From positions 124,001 to 188,000 of the forward strand of contig RDEW01000056.1 of assembly GCA_011109175.1 (NCBI GenBank): a stretch of 64,000 nucleotides of DNA, read 5' to 3'. The stretch is from Dicyema japonicum (lineage: Eukaryota; Animalia; Dicyemida). Of the stretch, positions 48,770 through 61,964 are shown in pieces; the stretch's first letter is position 1, and each line of letters opens with the position of its first letter. Under the pieces are notes generated by a model. That model was not told the origin of the DNA. It saw nothing but the letters and a program-made list of their open reading frames with translations, and did not search any database. A program made the translations under genes and the position numbers.

Positions 48770-49100
48770 CAGTCGATTTTCTGATATAAAATATCAATTT
48801 AGAACTTTTGGATTGTTAGATGGATCATTTTCATGTGCTGAATTAAATAAAATAAAACCTTTTCCAATTAAAGGTGAATATGATTGATTATTGTAAAATT
48901 CTATTACCAAAGAATATAATGTGAGAGTATTAACACTCTCAAAATTTACGGATATATATCCGCATCAGTTATAATTTCCTTGTTTAATATTCTGAACATA
49001 TGTTGTTTTGTTTGATTCGATTATCTTTATGTGTTAACTATTAAATACTAGAATTTAATTTTATATTTATTGAGATGTTGTAAAATTCGTCTGAGAATTT
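48770..49100 (-). pseudogene. Duplicated fragment of the LAMP-like gene, introns retained
   Basis: Reverse-complement match to ~5690-6010. Confidence 0.75.
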
Positions 49101-49790
49101 ACTTGTCAAAAAGGTCCGGATATTTTATTTGACTATCCGCGATGTCTATATGATGGGTGTTTACGACTTGGCACCTCACTTTAATATGGAAGAAAGCTGT
49201 TGTGAGGATAATTCCAAAACCAGAGAAGCCAAACAGAGATCCGGCAAGCTACAGACAAAATAGCTAAATATGTTCTTTTGCGAAAGTAAGTGAACGTATC
49301 ATTTTCAAAAGGCTAAGCAGACAGATAGAAGGGAATGACTTTCTGATTTTGGAGCAGTGAAGATTTCGTCCCGGAAAAGGCTGTGCAGACTGTTTCTTTT
49401 TACTGAAATCTGAAATCATGAAAGCGTGGGATTCCAAGAATCAAATAAACTTATTATGTCTTGATATTCCGAGGAAGATTAATACTAGCCTTTTTATTTA
49501 TGCGGATGACGTAATCGTGGTGGACACATCTCTAAAATCATCCAATTCTGATGAAAGAATCCGGGAGTATGTTGACCAGATTGATGATTGGTGCAACTGA
49601 GAGGGATAAAGCTTTTTTCTGAAAAATCTTGTAACTCCATTTAAGCAATGTGAAAAAGCACCAGAAACAAGAATACAAACTGGGAGAAAACAATGTACAC
49701 AGTCTGCACTACGTGGATGTCGATTATGGACACTTAGGAAATTACATGGACGACATAAAGGTGAGGAGAAAGAGAGCCTTTTAGTTGCTC
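49100..49790 (+). mobile_element. LINE RT remnant, same family as 7000-8560, internally deleted
   Basis: Reverse-complement similarity to 7490-8400; IYADDVIVVD. Confidence 0.8.
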
Positions 49791-50449
49791 CGGAAGATTA
49801 TGATCTCCAAGAGGATACATCGTAACTTAGAATATTTGAAAAAACACAATACATAGAAGATATCGATGTTCAAAGATTTCTCAACTTTGGGCGAAATAAC
49901 GGATCTACGATGCAACATTTTTTTTCTCAACTTACCCAAAAATCAAATAGACATTAAAGCTTCCCTGTTATTTTCACTCAATAACATAAGGAACAAATTG
50001 ATGATATCTCCGAGTTGGGCCAATTGATCACTCGGTGCGAAAGATGCGAAAGTGAAACGGATCAGATGTACTTCTATAAGCATCTCAGTTAATTTTGGAC
50101 TAATTCCCTATCCTTAACTTTACTAGCATATCTTGATTTCTTTACCTCTTCTGGTGTCATAGTCTCCAACTTACTAACTCCTATTTGAGGATCACCAAGG
50201 AAACTTAGATAATGTTCTTACAAGTTTTGGTAGTTTTTAGTATACAGATGAACACGTTTGTGGTCTCTGTTGTCTGCAGTCATTTATATCCCTTACAGTA
50301 CTGAGACCTCGCTAACGGAGATTGTTCTCACAACATTCTAAAATGGCCATGGTTAGTGCCAATGGATACTGTCTCTAACAGCTTGATTTGTTCAATAGAA
50401 GAGAGCTTGATTATTGTCATTATGAGAAGTGCAATTGATTTTTCGTCAC

Positions 50450-52260
50450 TTAAATTGACATTATCGCTGTGATTAGTTTTAAAGATTCTTTTGTAATTGG
50501 GTCAATCAACTGCCTATAAGTCTGGAATGGTTGTGGTCGTTCAACCAAGTGTGGTAGATAGACTGAATAGTTGAAAACAAGGAGACTGAAGGAGTCTAAA
50601 TTACCCACACAATTATCTCCTTCGAAAAGAAAAAGCGTGCTTCTAGCGAAACGAATATGGTTCATACAGAGATGACTCTTGACATGATCAAAATGCAGCA
50701 AACCCTCATAAATCCGAACAAAAAAATTTGGATGCCTTTTGGATTGTGAAGGGAATAAATGTACTAATTTCATTGTAGTTAATATTTATGTCTTCATATA
50801 TCTCTCTTTTTCGGAATCAATATTTTGCACGTCAACATTATAATCTTCACAAAGAATTGCAATTTCGTTATCGTTGAGCATTCAAAACAAAATCTTGCAT
50901 GATATCTTCATTTTTCTATGATAATGCATAAGTTATTGATTATGCCTGCATTCATTGGTTTAAGATGTGCAGTTGCGTTTTAGAAAAGAATAAAATTTCA
51001 ATATTTTCAAAAAAATTGTGTTAAACGTGGCTTTGAGCATTATTAATTAGTAAAAAGAAAGCATCTAGTTTACCATATATTGACATTAGTGGTAACAATG
51101 TGATCTTCTACTATCAGAAAACTTGAAAACGTTCGTCAAAGTTTTTATATAACTCCAAGAGTATATCGCATAATTTTCCAAGACATTTCCTAACGACTGC
51201 AGCGTTGGAAGGTGCGCAATATAATCAAATTGCATTACCCATAATGAAAGTTTGCATTCGAAGCATTTTATTCAGCCATCACCCTAATAATCTGTTTCGG
51301 ACCCTAAAGGCTGCCATTAAGTTTGATAAGTGATTCGTGAGGAATGTAAGATTTGTTGTAAAAGAAGGAACATCATTGTCTTTCATTATAAAAAAATTCT
51401 TTTTTAGAGACAAAAAAATTTTTCAGTAAATTTCCTCATTTAACCATCTCACTTTATGATTCAGAGATATCCACGGATAAAGATAACACATTTAGCGACA
51501 CTATTCACAACGTCTTGCACTAATATTTTTTCCACATAGTGCCTCTTGATAGGCAATTTATTGCAGAGATACCAATGGTGGCAAGTCTATTTTTCAGATC
51601 AACCGCACTCGGGTAGAACACAGTGCACGCCCACCAAAATGATCTCCTTGATCAGTCTGTCGCCACTGAAAAAAGTTTTGACCAGTCCAGTTCGTTCAAT
51701 ACACATTTCCAGTTCCATAAATATTTCCTCACCAGTCACTCTTCCTTTCAATGTAAGCAGATCTAATAATCCTTCAATATGATCTTTTATTGACCCCACA
51801 AATCAAAACAGCACAAAACGAAGTGTCTCTCTATTACATGTACTTTCATCAAGTGAAAGAGAAAAACTTTCAATTAGTAGAATTGATGCGCTTGGAATAA
51901 CAATTGTTTGACAATTCAGTGATTCTGCTAGCAACAATGTTTGCTGATAAACCAAGACTCTGTAATCAAATTTTCATTTGTAAATGGTTATGACGACTTT
52001 ACGATCAATTCGCATACAATATAACTGTACCACATTCTCAGTCGAATTATTCATATTTTTGACAAAATTTCGCTGATTTAATATAGAAAATTTAGTTTCT
52101 GTGCTTTTTCAAATCGCAATTGTCCACAATAAATTTCATAGTCATCTTTATGGTTAGACACGTATGCCTTTTTATACTCTATTCGTACACAGTTGTATCC
52201 ATACAGATCATGCATTGAAATTTTTGTTTCAAATCTGTAACAAATTATAAATGCTCCCAT
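50450..52260 (-). mobile_element. hAT transposase remnant
   Basis: FSLSLDEST, LLDLLTLKGRVTGEEIF and HCI.HQ-like fragments. Confidence 0.7.
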
Positions 52261-52879
52261 TTTTTTGAAAAGTTCTGTTTTCTAGTTATATTTTCCTTTT
52301 TTGAGGTACATACATTTATCCAGAACACAAAAAACAGATTAATGATAATAGCTCGAGAGGACACTGTTACATAAACTAACTAATCACGTGATCCCAGCAC
52401 GCACTAACAGGGCCTCATCTTGGCCTGATGCTCCTCCCTCGACCCCACACAAGCACGTATCGGTCGAGTGACTAAACCTTCGCAGTCAAGACGGCGCGTT
52501 CCATGGATCATTCGTATCAAGGCTTCAAGTTGCAATGGTGGCTGGAACTCTCCAGAAATCCAGCGTTCCGTGATTTTGGAGGCTCTTTTCCAGCTTACCT
52601 CGATCTTCAAGACATTCGTCCATAGATTAGAAAGCATGACTGTCAAAATTATTTTATTTCAAAATAAATAACATAATTTAAAAATTATATTAATTTTTTA
52701 GATTATTTTTTGGGCCGCGTGGTTGAGACCCCTTGGTTAGAAGGACTACTTCTGGGAGTATTGCCTACAAAATCATTTGTAGCCCTTTTTACATCTTGTA
52801 AACAACGTTATACAAATAGACCTAAGACCATATCGGCCTGGGGTCTCTTAGGAACTTTCTGTCCTTTTAATCTGGTGAT

Positions 52880-53520
52880 CCTGGATAACAATTATACAGA
52901 GATGGTTGAAATCATTTCTGTCTGGCTCACTGGGACATACTTACCCCCCCCCCCAAACGGAGTCCCGAAAAGCTTTGCACTCTCTACGGCTTTGTTCAAT
53001 TTCTACCTGAGTACCATATCCAAGCTGGAAGATACTCTGGTCCTTGTCCAATGCGGATGATTTGATCCTCGCGGCTCAAGATAGAAACATCAGTTCCACC
53101 TTAGCTCCTCTCCAAACAGACTAGATTCTCTAGAGTCTTGGTTGTCAACCAATCACCACTTCCCCTCCAATTCCAGCTTCAAACATAAAATTGTAGCTGA
53201 AAATTTTCTTGGGAAGTCTCAAAAACTCAAAAATCGTGGGAGTAATCTACGACAAATGTTTTACATTCTCCTCCACGTGGACCACGTGGTTGGAAAAGCA
53301 AAAAAGAAATTGAACGCCCTCCATCGGTGACCGGATCAATCTTTGGCTAACACAAGGAAACCTCTAGAATAATCTATAAACAGTATATCAAGACCACCTT
53401 GAACCACGCGAACCATTCGGGCCTCATCCTTTGCAGCTTGCAACATCAAATGAAACACATGCACACCGTCCGACCACCTTCACTGAGAATCCACCATTTT
53501 CCTTGTGGAAGATCACCTTT
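52880..53520 (+). mobile_element. Decayed I/Ingi-like LINE RT remnant
   Basis: NGVP...LS..LFNFYL, (Y)ADD-like, HVDHVVGKAKKKLNAL, IYKQYI. Confidence 0.6.
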
Positions 53521-54982
53521 GCTCTAGGAACCTCGAATTTTTAGACGAAACTACGGAACCAGAACATCTTTTCCATTTCCTGACTTCATGAAGAACATCA
53601 GGAAGATAATTCCGATCATGAGGAGCCTGTTTTGTTAAGTGGCTAAAATCCCTCAGCTACCTTCCGATAAAACCAAGTCAAAGAGTAGACATGACCACAT
53701 CTCTACCAAGGCCACCCAAAAACTTATTTTAAACGATAACTCTCCCCATTGACGGATGACTCGGAGACTAGACAAACTACGTTCTGGACTCTTCTTATTT
53801 TTGACTAGTTTGTCTCGGCTTTTATAACCAGACCAACTGTCAATGATACCACAAGAAACTTTCTCCTGTCCGTGACCTCCAGTACACATCGAAGACTTGT
53901 AGAAGCGGCTTGGACCATCTGGGGCTACTAACTAATCTAATTGACATCTATAAAACAGAGGTTATATTTACGTCATTTGGAGACTTATTGACTTTTCCCC
54001 CTTGCATCTATTCCCATTCCCCACTCTTATCTAAAATATAAAATGTTTCCACTAACCTCACATTGATATAGTTTGTCATAATTACTTTCCGGATTACATC
54101 TTTTTTAGAAGATAAATGATGAGTCATTCAATTACTTTGACCCAGCGGGAAATTTAGATAGCGTATCTTTATCATGAATGCCCCGTATAGTGGCCGCGTT
54201 TCTAAAGACCTGGAGGAATTGGATGCCGAGATTGTATCTCACTACAAGTCTTCCTCATTAGATTAAGGTAACGCAATAGGTTGTATGTTTTTCTGATACT
54301 GAAAACATATAGAGGAGCTGAAGGTAAAAAAAGGTTGAATTTATTATTTATAGATCAAAATAAGAGAGATATGTTAAAATTGGAAAAATCGATCGGGGAC
54401 CACCAACGGCATAAGCACAAAAGCGGATTGTACCATTAATATTTTTAATTAGATTTTGGGGGTCAATTCGTATTTTGAGGCTACAAGGGATTGGCATTAA
54501 AAAAAGAGATTATTTTGATGTTGGAAGACAAGAGGAGATCTCCATAAAGTTAGCTCTCCGGATGATATCTGACGCGAAAGTTAATGAGGAACAGTGATAT
54601 TACTGAGACAGGTGAGAATTATTGTCGAAGAAAAGCAAAAATGAGAGAAGACTTATCCATCTCTTTATTCAACCGGGAAACAATTTCGTTCCATGACGAC
54701 GAATTTTGACTTCGATTCAACTTATTGACAATGTCCTCTAGCTCACTGTGTTTTGATAATGTTTCTACTAGAATGCACCTGGATCAAGGGATCAGTAAGT
54801 TTGGTATTACATTTGGTCTTTGTAATAATTTTGTCTTATTCATTTCAGTTTATATTCCATTTAAATTTAAGAGAAAGCAGTTCCAGTTAAGAGCTTCAGG
54901 ATGACGATGAATCCCAAGCTCAGTCACAAAGTGTTAGGTCTTAATTAAGAAACAGGTTGTTTTTCTCTTTCAGGTAATAATA

Positions 54983-57900
54983 TGTCACATGGGCCAAGCG
55001 ATACCTATGGGCTGCCTGTTAGATTAACCTTGAACCAAGATTAACTTGAATTAATTTTATAAATAATTTATTAACCACAAAAAATTAAATTTAAGTAATT
55101 TTTTTAGTCTACTCATTAATACAGTCGATATTTCTCCTTTCGAATTTTTTATCTATCAAATTAAACTATTTAAAACTACCTCCACGCGATTATTCGATAA
55201 AACATTAATTATTTCTGCTACTGGATAATACTGAGACTCAAACTTATACAGTCGCAATGAGGGATTTGTTCCAAAGTCTTTTTTAGCCCAAACCTATTTA
55301 TTTATTATTATAAGCAACTACATAGAATCATATAAACTATAATTCTATTCGTTCCGCGTCTGAACAATCCTCTTAATTAGCTTTTCCCATCCCCTCCTGT
55401 CCGATGCCAAGTGCCGCAGACTACCAAGGTCTTCACCGTCCTTTAGTAGTCTGGTTACTGATCTCAGGTCACCATTAAGGACTTCCAGAAGAATTATTCT
55501 TGGACGACCTCTGAACTTCTCCCCTGACGTATCGAAGTATTCTTCTATGACGACGTTTGCTGGCGTGTCTTGTTCTAATCTGAGAATATGGCCAAACAAT
55601 CTCCAGCGAGCCTTCATGATCATGGTGCTCAGAGGTCCGGAACCGCATCTTCTATATAAATTTTCACTCCCTACACGCATTGGCCACTTTAGTCCCAAGA
55701 GAGATCGAAGTTTCCTTCTGTGAAAGGAGTCAAGGTTTTGTTCGTCCGTTTTCGAAATTCCCCACGTCCCAGAGTTGTATGTTAGTATGGGCTTCACGAA
55801 CGCCTTATACAACCTGATTTGGAGTGATGGCCCGACCGAGCATTTTCTTATCCAACATTTCATAAGTTTTTGCATAGTAACCGTAGATAACAATTTTCTT
55901 CTTGCAATGTCTTCGGAGTCTCCGAGAAGAGAGCCAAGCTTTACGGTCTTCCTCCAACATTCACTATTGCGTAGTTCAATCCACTTAATTTCAACAATAT
56001 CCGTTTTCTGAACATTCAGTGATAGACATCATTTGGCCAAACAGCCTGATGCAACCTCCAAGAGACGTAAGAGTGCTTCTTTGTCAGTCGAGATAAAGTC
56101 AACATCATCGGCATACACGATCTCCATAATATCATTGTTGTAATACTTCCGGAGGTCTTGCAGAGCCGATTCAAGGTATATAGCAAACAATACTGGGGAA
56201 AGGGAATCTCCTTGGGGTGTGCCCACTGTTGAAATAATTTCCCGTGACAAACATTTTCCAATACGCACTCGTAACCTCGTGTTTGATAAGAGTATCCGTA
56301 TCAGAATAACCGAGTCCTTATCCAGGAAACTTTCAAGCACTTCAATGAGTTTTCCCCGACGGACAGTGTCGAAAGCTCTGGTCAGATCAATTCCAAGGAT
56401 AGTCTTTGAGCTCCGGAATCTTTGTTGAATAGCACATTGCCATCTATGGCACCATACTACATCAGCCGTTGATCTCCCTGTCCTAAAACCACTCTGGCTC
56501 TGGGCCAAGTACCCGTCCACCGGCTCTTGGATCCGATTAAGAGTAATTAGGGCAAGGATCTTCCTTAAGGTGTTTAGAAGGATGACAGGGCGCAGGTTTT
56601 CAACTGGCCCAGGGGGTTTATTACCTTTTTGAACTGGTACTAGTATCCCCTTTCCAATTTCTGAAAAGTCCTTGTTTTCTATCATGTCATTCAGCAATTT
56701 TGAGAGTTTATCTGCAAGTTCTGGAGGGCCAAATTTTAGCAATTCAGATGGTATATTATCTGGTCCTGGAGAGCGCCCAGATTTAAGTTTCCTTATCGCC
56801 ATGCAAACCTCCTCCGGTGAAATGATCCGTTCAAGTGTTGTGTTCTTAGGCGTGAAATCTGATTTTTCTCCTTTTACAAAGAACAGTTGTTCAATATGCG
56901 ATGCTATGAACTCTGTCTGTTCTGCAACATTTCCTATTGTTTTTCCATTTCTGTCATGCAAAATAAGTTTCACTGATTGGCTCTTCCTCCGTATTAGTCG
57001 TATAGCCATGAATGTCGCAGCATTGTCTTTAAGGTTTTCTACCTCTCTGATCTTGCTTTCCAACTGACTAGTGTGATGTAGTCTGTTTAGGAGTTTGATT
57101 TTTCTCTCAATTTGCCTTCGTTCTTGTTTCAGTTTGCAAACAGTCTGAGGATCGACAGTATTTTCGGATCTAAGCCTTAAGTTCTTCTGCAAATTCAATA
57201 GGGCTGACACTTCCGGGTGACGCTGACTGCTATGGGGTTTAAGTTCCCCCAAATGTTTGTCAGCAGCGGAAATGATCCCTCTCATAGTTTCGAGCCATGC
57301 CTTTCCTGGTGAAAGATCCGATGCCGTATTATTAATTGAATCCGATACACATTCTTTATAGTCTGCTTGTACTTTTGGTGAAGAGCCCAAGAGTTCAGTC
57401 ATATACCTTCTTGATCGCGTGGAATCTCCACCACGATGTGTTTGGAAGAAGCATCTTCTATTAGTTATCCCGTAGAGGAACTCCTCCGCAGTTGGACCAA
57501 GTCTTAAGCTGAATCTTGCTGACACAATTTTGTGATCACTGTTAACAGTTAGTCCTCCATAAGATCTCGAGTCCCGTAAGAGAGATTTGTCTTTTACTCG
57601 ACACAGAATATAATCGATCTGATTATAAATCCTTATCAGATTTCCGGTGGTCGATAGTCTAGTGCCCATCCACGTTGTCTTGTGGCGTGCGGAATGTTGG
57701 AATTGAGTATTGCACAGGAATAAATCAAAGGATTCGCAGAAATATGCCAGAGCAGTACCAGAATAGTTCCTGATCCCCCTTCCATCTGGTCCAATAAAAC
57801 GTTCGTGTCCTTGATGTACCCCAGCTTTAGCATTCCAATCACCAGCGATAAAGAGGAACGTTGAAAACTTCAGAGAAGATACGACCCCGACAAGTTCTTT

Positions 57901-58615
57901 GTAGAAAACGTCCAATTCCTCTGGGTTTTTGGAAACACGGCCACTATGTGGGGCGTACACGTTCACAATGGAAATTAGTTGCCTGGACTTCCTTTTGGGT
58001 CCAATATGAAATTGAATAACATATATCCTGTCATCAATTTTCCAATATCGATGTAATCTGGGGAGCAAATTCTTGTGAACAGCGAAACCCTGTCCATAGT
58101 TTTTATTGTACGATGGAAGGAGGATTAGTCTGTATTCTCCAAGGTTTTCATCGAGTCCTTTTCTGAGCTTCGTCTCTTGGAGACAGCAAACAGAGCATCC
58201 ATATTTTGCAAGGTCCAGACATAGTTGGTGCCTCTTTGATCAGTCATTAAAACCCCTGGCATTGAAGGTAAGGGTAGAAAACCAGAAAGGATTATTCAAA
58301 TACGTATTAGACATATGTGCTATAGAGGGACGTCACCACCTCAACCAAAATATCACCACCTCAACCAAACCTATTTATTAATGTTTTTAATTCATACTTT
58401 ATCTCCCATGTTAAAAGTATATTTACTATATGAACATTCATTTTCCTCTTCATAGCTTTTTAATAATTAGAATTTTCTTCAATCGATTTAATTTCGAAAT
58501 TGAATCTCTTATCTGACTGAGAATTATCTAGATATAAATTTTTTAAATCAAACTACGTGAATTTTCAATAAATTCTGGAGTCGAACAATTAACCAAATCG
58601 TTAATTTGTTCTGGA
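54983..58615 (-). mobile_element. Second Ginger copy (one TIR, truncated) with a nested RTE
   Basis: 54983-55165 matches 12135-12315; 58500-58615 matches 12350-12460. Confidence 0.8.
55303..58364 (-). mobile_element. Full-length RTE LINE of a divergent family; ORF ~55345-58314 with stops and frameshifts
   Basis: TSD CCAAACCTATTTATT (55288-55302 and 58365-58379); APE and RT motifs in ORFs 56029-58068 and 55345-55893. Confidence 0.92.
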
Positions 58616-58619
58616 CCTT

Positions 58620-59170
58620 ATCGGGTGAGCCACAAGACCGGGTGGTGGGATGTAAATATTTACGAATGTTTACGGTGACATGGACGGAATTATGTCCAAT
58701 GTGACCTTCAATCAAAGCGTGAGTCCGAGTAGAAGTATCACAAAATGGAATAGACTTGTTTTAAGGATGAGTACATCGCTTCCCAAGTCTGAATTAGGTC
58801 GGTCTCGGCGAATTATACAATAATCTTTGAATTAAGGAAAAATTGATTTTCCAGATAGTTTCGTTTCTTGTAGGAAGAAAATATCGATTTTGTGGATGGT
58901 GAGAAAGGCAATAAGCTCAGTGGAGTTGTATGCGAGGCCTTTTATGTTAAATTGCATGACATTAAGGAATTTCCCATTTTTATGAGGCACGGGGTTCTTT
59001 TCGATGTCCTCATCGAGGATTAAGAGTATCAAATAGGATTTTTGGGAGCGAAAGCCATGCGCCCGCTCAGTATCCCCTATCATCCAGTCCGACTTCCCGA
59101 GATCGTTGAACAGGTTGACAGGGGGTAATTGTAATTCTTTTTGTTGCCAGATTGAAAATGGTATCAAACT
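58620..59170 (-). mobile_element. 5' fragment of a Vingi/Ingi-like LINE with a decayed 2A-like peptide and APE start
   Basis: YLILLILDEDIEKNPVP then VMQFNIKGL...LQETKL. Confidence 0.7.
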
Positions 59171-59244
59171 ATCCCCACGTGAAGGTGAACCACATCAAAA
59201 ATTAATCTTTTATTGTCTAGAAACAAAAATAAAATTGCGGAAAA

Positions 59245-59760
59245 CAAATTAATTATTAAAAGCACTCCCGAGAAAACTTAAATTAGTTAAATTTTCCTTG
59301 TGCCGTATTCCTAGTCATCCTTCCGTCAACCTCGACCATGATCCACTGTTGCGCGCTTGTTCTTCTAGGTAGTCTAGATCGTCAGCCGAAGTTAGTCCCA
59401 TACCATCTGCCGATGGGTCTTCGTTCAAGATAGTCGGGAGTGTTGTTTTGGTCTTCCGCGAAATCTGAATCCTGTGTGTGCGAAGTAGTTGACCAGTGCG
59501 AAATTTGATGGGATCTAATCATTTGGAAGTGAAAATATCATCTGACAGCACGCCATATTTGCATTTATTATAAAAGTTTGCATCAGAGATCTTCATAGAC
59601 CAGTTAATCTTGATTTTTGAGCTGAGCTATGTGGAAAGAGTCAAGACGGTCCATTTCCCGTTTAGAGATTTCCCAAATCCCAGAGTTGTAGGTCAGTACC
59701 GGGATGACAAAAGCTTTGTATATTCTAAACCTGGTATTTAGTTCTATCCTCTTCTTGTGT
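59245..59760 (-). mobile_element. 5'-truncated RTE related to copies 1 and 2
   Basis: RIYKAFVIPVLTYNSG, C-terminus AQGKFN*, 3' motif TTCTCGGGAGTGCTTT. Confidence 0.85.
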
Positions 59761-59934
59761 CTATGTCGCATACCAGTTGGTGCTTCTTTTGATGTCGTTT
59801 AAGTCCTCTGCAATTGAAAGTTCACAGAATAAACGGAGTAGTCGGTAAAGAATACGAATGACAAACAATTCTACAACGACGCAAATTTTATGGGTTTTTT
59901 GTAAATAAATTTATTTTATTTAAATTTAATTTAA

Positions 59935-60240
59935 TTATTAGGGAGCTTGAATGACCAGCTATTTCCTCTGACAATGGCTATCGAGATTCGCTCTCGAAAC
60001 TGTCCAGCCTCATGGAGAGTCTAGGTGACCCTTTGGATCATTGAGTCGATCCAACGGACTAGATCGTTCTCTTTTGGACTATGGATTCCTGACGTCCTAA
60101 AAGCAAATAGGACAAACAAATGATCCTTCAAAATACTTCAGTACTTCATTCACTGATCCTCGGCTTGCTTAGAAGCATTACCTGGTTCTGGGAAGGAAAG
60201 ACCAGTCCTTGTAGTCGTTGGAACCCCTCCAATGCACTGG
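59935..60240 (-). mobile_element. CRE-clade 3' fragment
   Basis: FRERISIAIVRGN C-terminal motif. Confidence 0.65.
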
Positions 60241-61250
60241 ACAGAACAAATAATCCTATTTGTGTAATTTTAACACTGGACATCGCCTGAGACACGTAGA
60301 TAAGGAAAAAAAAGAAAACCTTCCACCAAATAGCCAATAGGAGAATTGTACCCATAGCCATTCACCTGATCCATAAATTGATATGGGAGAGGATAAATTA
60401 CCGAAGCATAACAAATCAATAAGCCTTTGTTAAATTATACAAAAGAATAATGTGATAAACTCACTCCACCATTATAGAGGTTAATATATTGATTGTTATG
60501 GAGGATACAAGGATGGTAACCAACGTTAAGACAAAATTACTGTTTTGAACACGTGTGACCGCAATATATCCAAAAACGTGCATATCATCGCTTAATCTGT
60601 TCTTTACAATGCAAATATAGACTCCACTCGATTTACTCTCCAGTGATGTTTTGTTTTGGACAAAATCGTTTGTAAAGTCACTGACAAATTTGCCGTCCAA
60701 CTTCCAAAAGACTTCAACTTGGTCTCCTTTGAACTTGCACCAATATTGAACAATCTCTCCACGTGAGGTTTTTTTAAAATCAACAACTTTGGCTTTTCTT
60801 AAAATCAAAAAACAAGAGACCGACGGAGTAAACATGTGCGGTAAGAAAAGGTCTCTCAGCGAAAGATCAGACGTGCCAATGCAGTAAAAGTCTTGTTCTT
60901 CTCCTTAAAGTTCCGTATTTTTAAAATCGACGTATCTCCTGAGACTTGGACGGAAAAATCGTCCGACTGGTTAATGGAGAATGAAACATTTCCACAAAGT
61001 GAACAGAGGCCTTCCTGTCGTCCCCGTAGTAGTCCTTCCACACCAACTGAGAATTACTTCAAAACCGACTTTCTTAGCATTGGACTGGAACAAACCAATT
61101 TTACGGATTTGTTTTTAAGGACATAGTGAATCTTGGGGAAAATGTTCAGTTGTACCCCGTTTTCAGTAATCGAGTTGGCTTTTACATGGAGAGTCATTAA
61201 TACCACTAAGCATAAAGACGTGTCATACAGGTATTGAGGGAATAATTTGA
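60240..61250 (-). CDS. Immunoglobulin-superfamily membrane protein (two Ig-like domains plus TM segments), probably cut at the 3' end by the CRE fragment
   Basis: Signal-like SLCLVVLMTLHVKA; KLVC...W...LKIRN...FYC; YWCKF...VFWKLDG...SGVYICIV; hydrophobic segments follow; apparent 1-nt deletion at ~60905. Confidence 0.6.
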
Positions 61251-61964
61251 TTGCTAATTTATATTTTTAATTATTCCAGATGGCGACTCCAATTGAGTGC
61301 TCTAAGAGGACTATTAGTAAATTAATTTATTATAAAGATTTGGGGGTTGTTGGGGTTGGTATTGAAAGTAAATGAAGGTGCCTAGTGTACGCACGTGTGG
61401 AGTTGTTTAGGTTTTACTCGATATTTGGTTATTTTATTTGATTTTTTACTCTCGTGGATGGAACAGATTTTCTGAATTGTTAAATTTTAATGTTACGTCT
61501 GTGGGAATTGTGCTATCTAATTGTGCATTACTCTTTAATTAAAAATAATTAAAACTGACTTTTTTCGCGCCCTCATTTTGGAAGGTGTTCCTCCATTAAG
61601 GGCGTGGATGTGTAATCGAAACATTCTCTAATACAACTCATTCAACAAGGAATATTAAGTTACAGTGGAGGTTTTTCTCCTGTCCAGGGCCTCCGTTGAC
61701 AATCAAGTACTTGGGCTACCTGCTGCTCGCTTTCTACAAGCTGCTGATGTCGTGGCTATCTATTGTAACTAATATTCATAGTGATAAAAAGATGTTGTCC
61801 ATGTAAGCATCCTACTTTTCTTAGATAGTAGCACTTTCATGAGAAACTTATAGCTTCCCATGTGCGGGAACACGATTTATTTTAAGTAAAGAACAGTTAT
61901 GTTAATTAATTGTTGAAAGAAGGCATGCTCTTAACTTCTTTGGTTTCGTGTGAGTCCCTGTGAG

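Noticed and set aside
53650-54980. Possible gene fragments before Ginger copy 2
   Set aside because: No continuous frame or motif apart from a short RTE endonuclease scrap at ~54150-54260.
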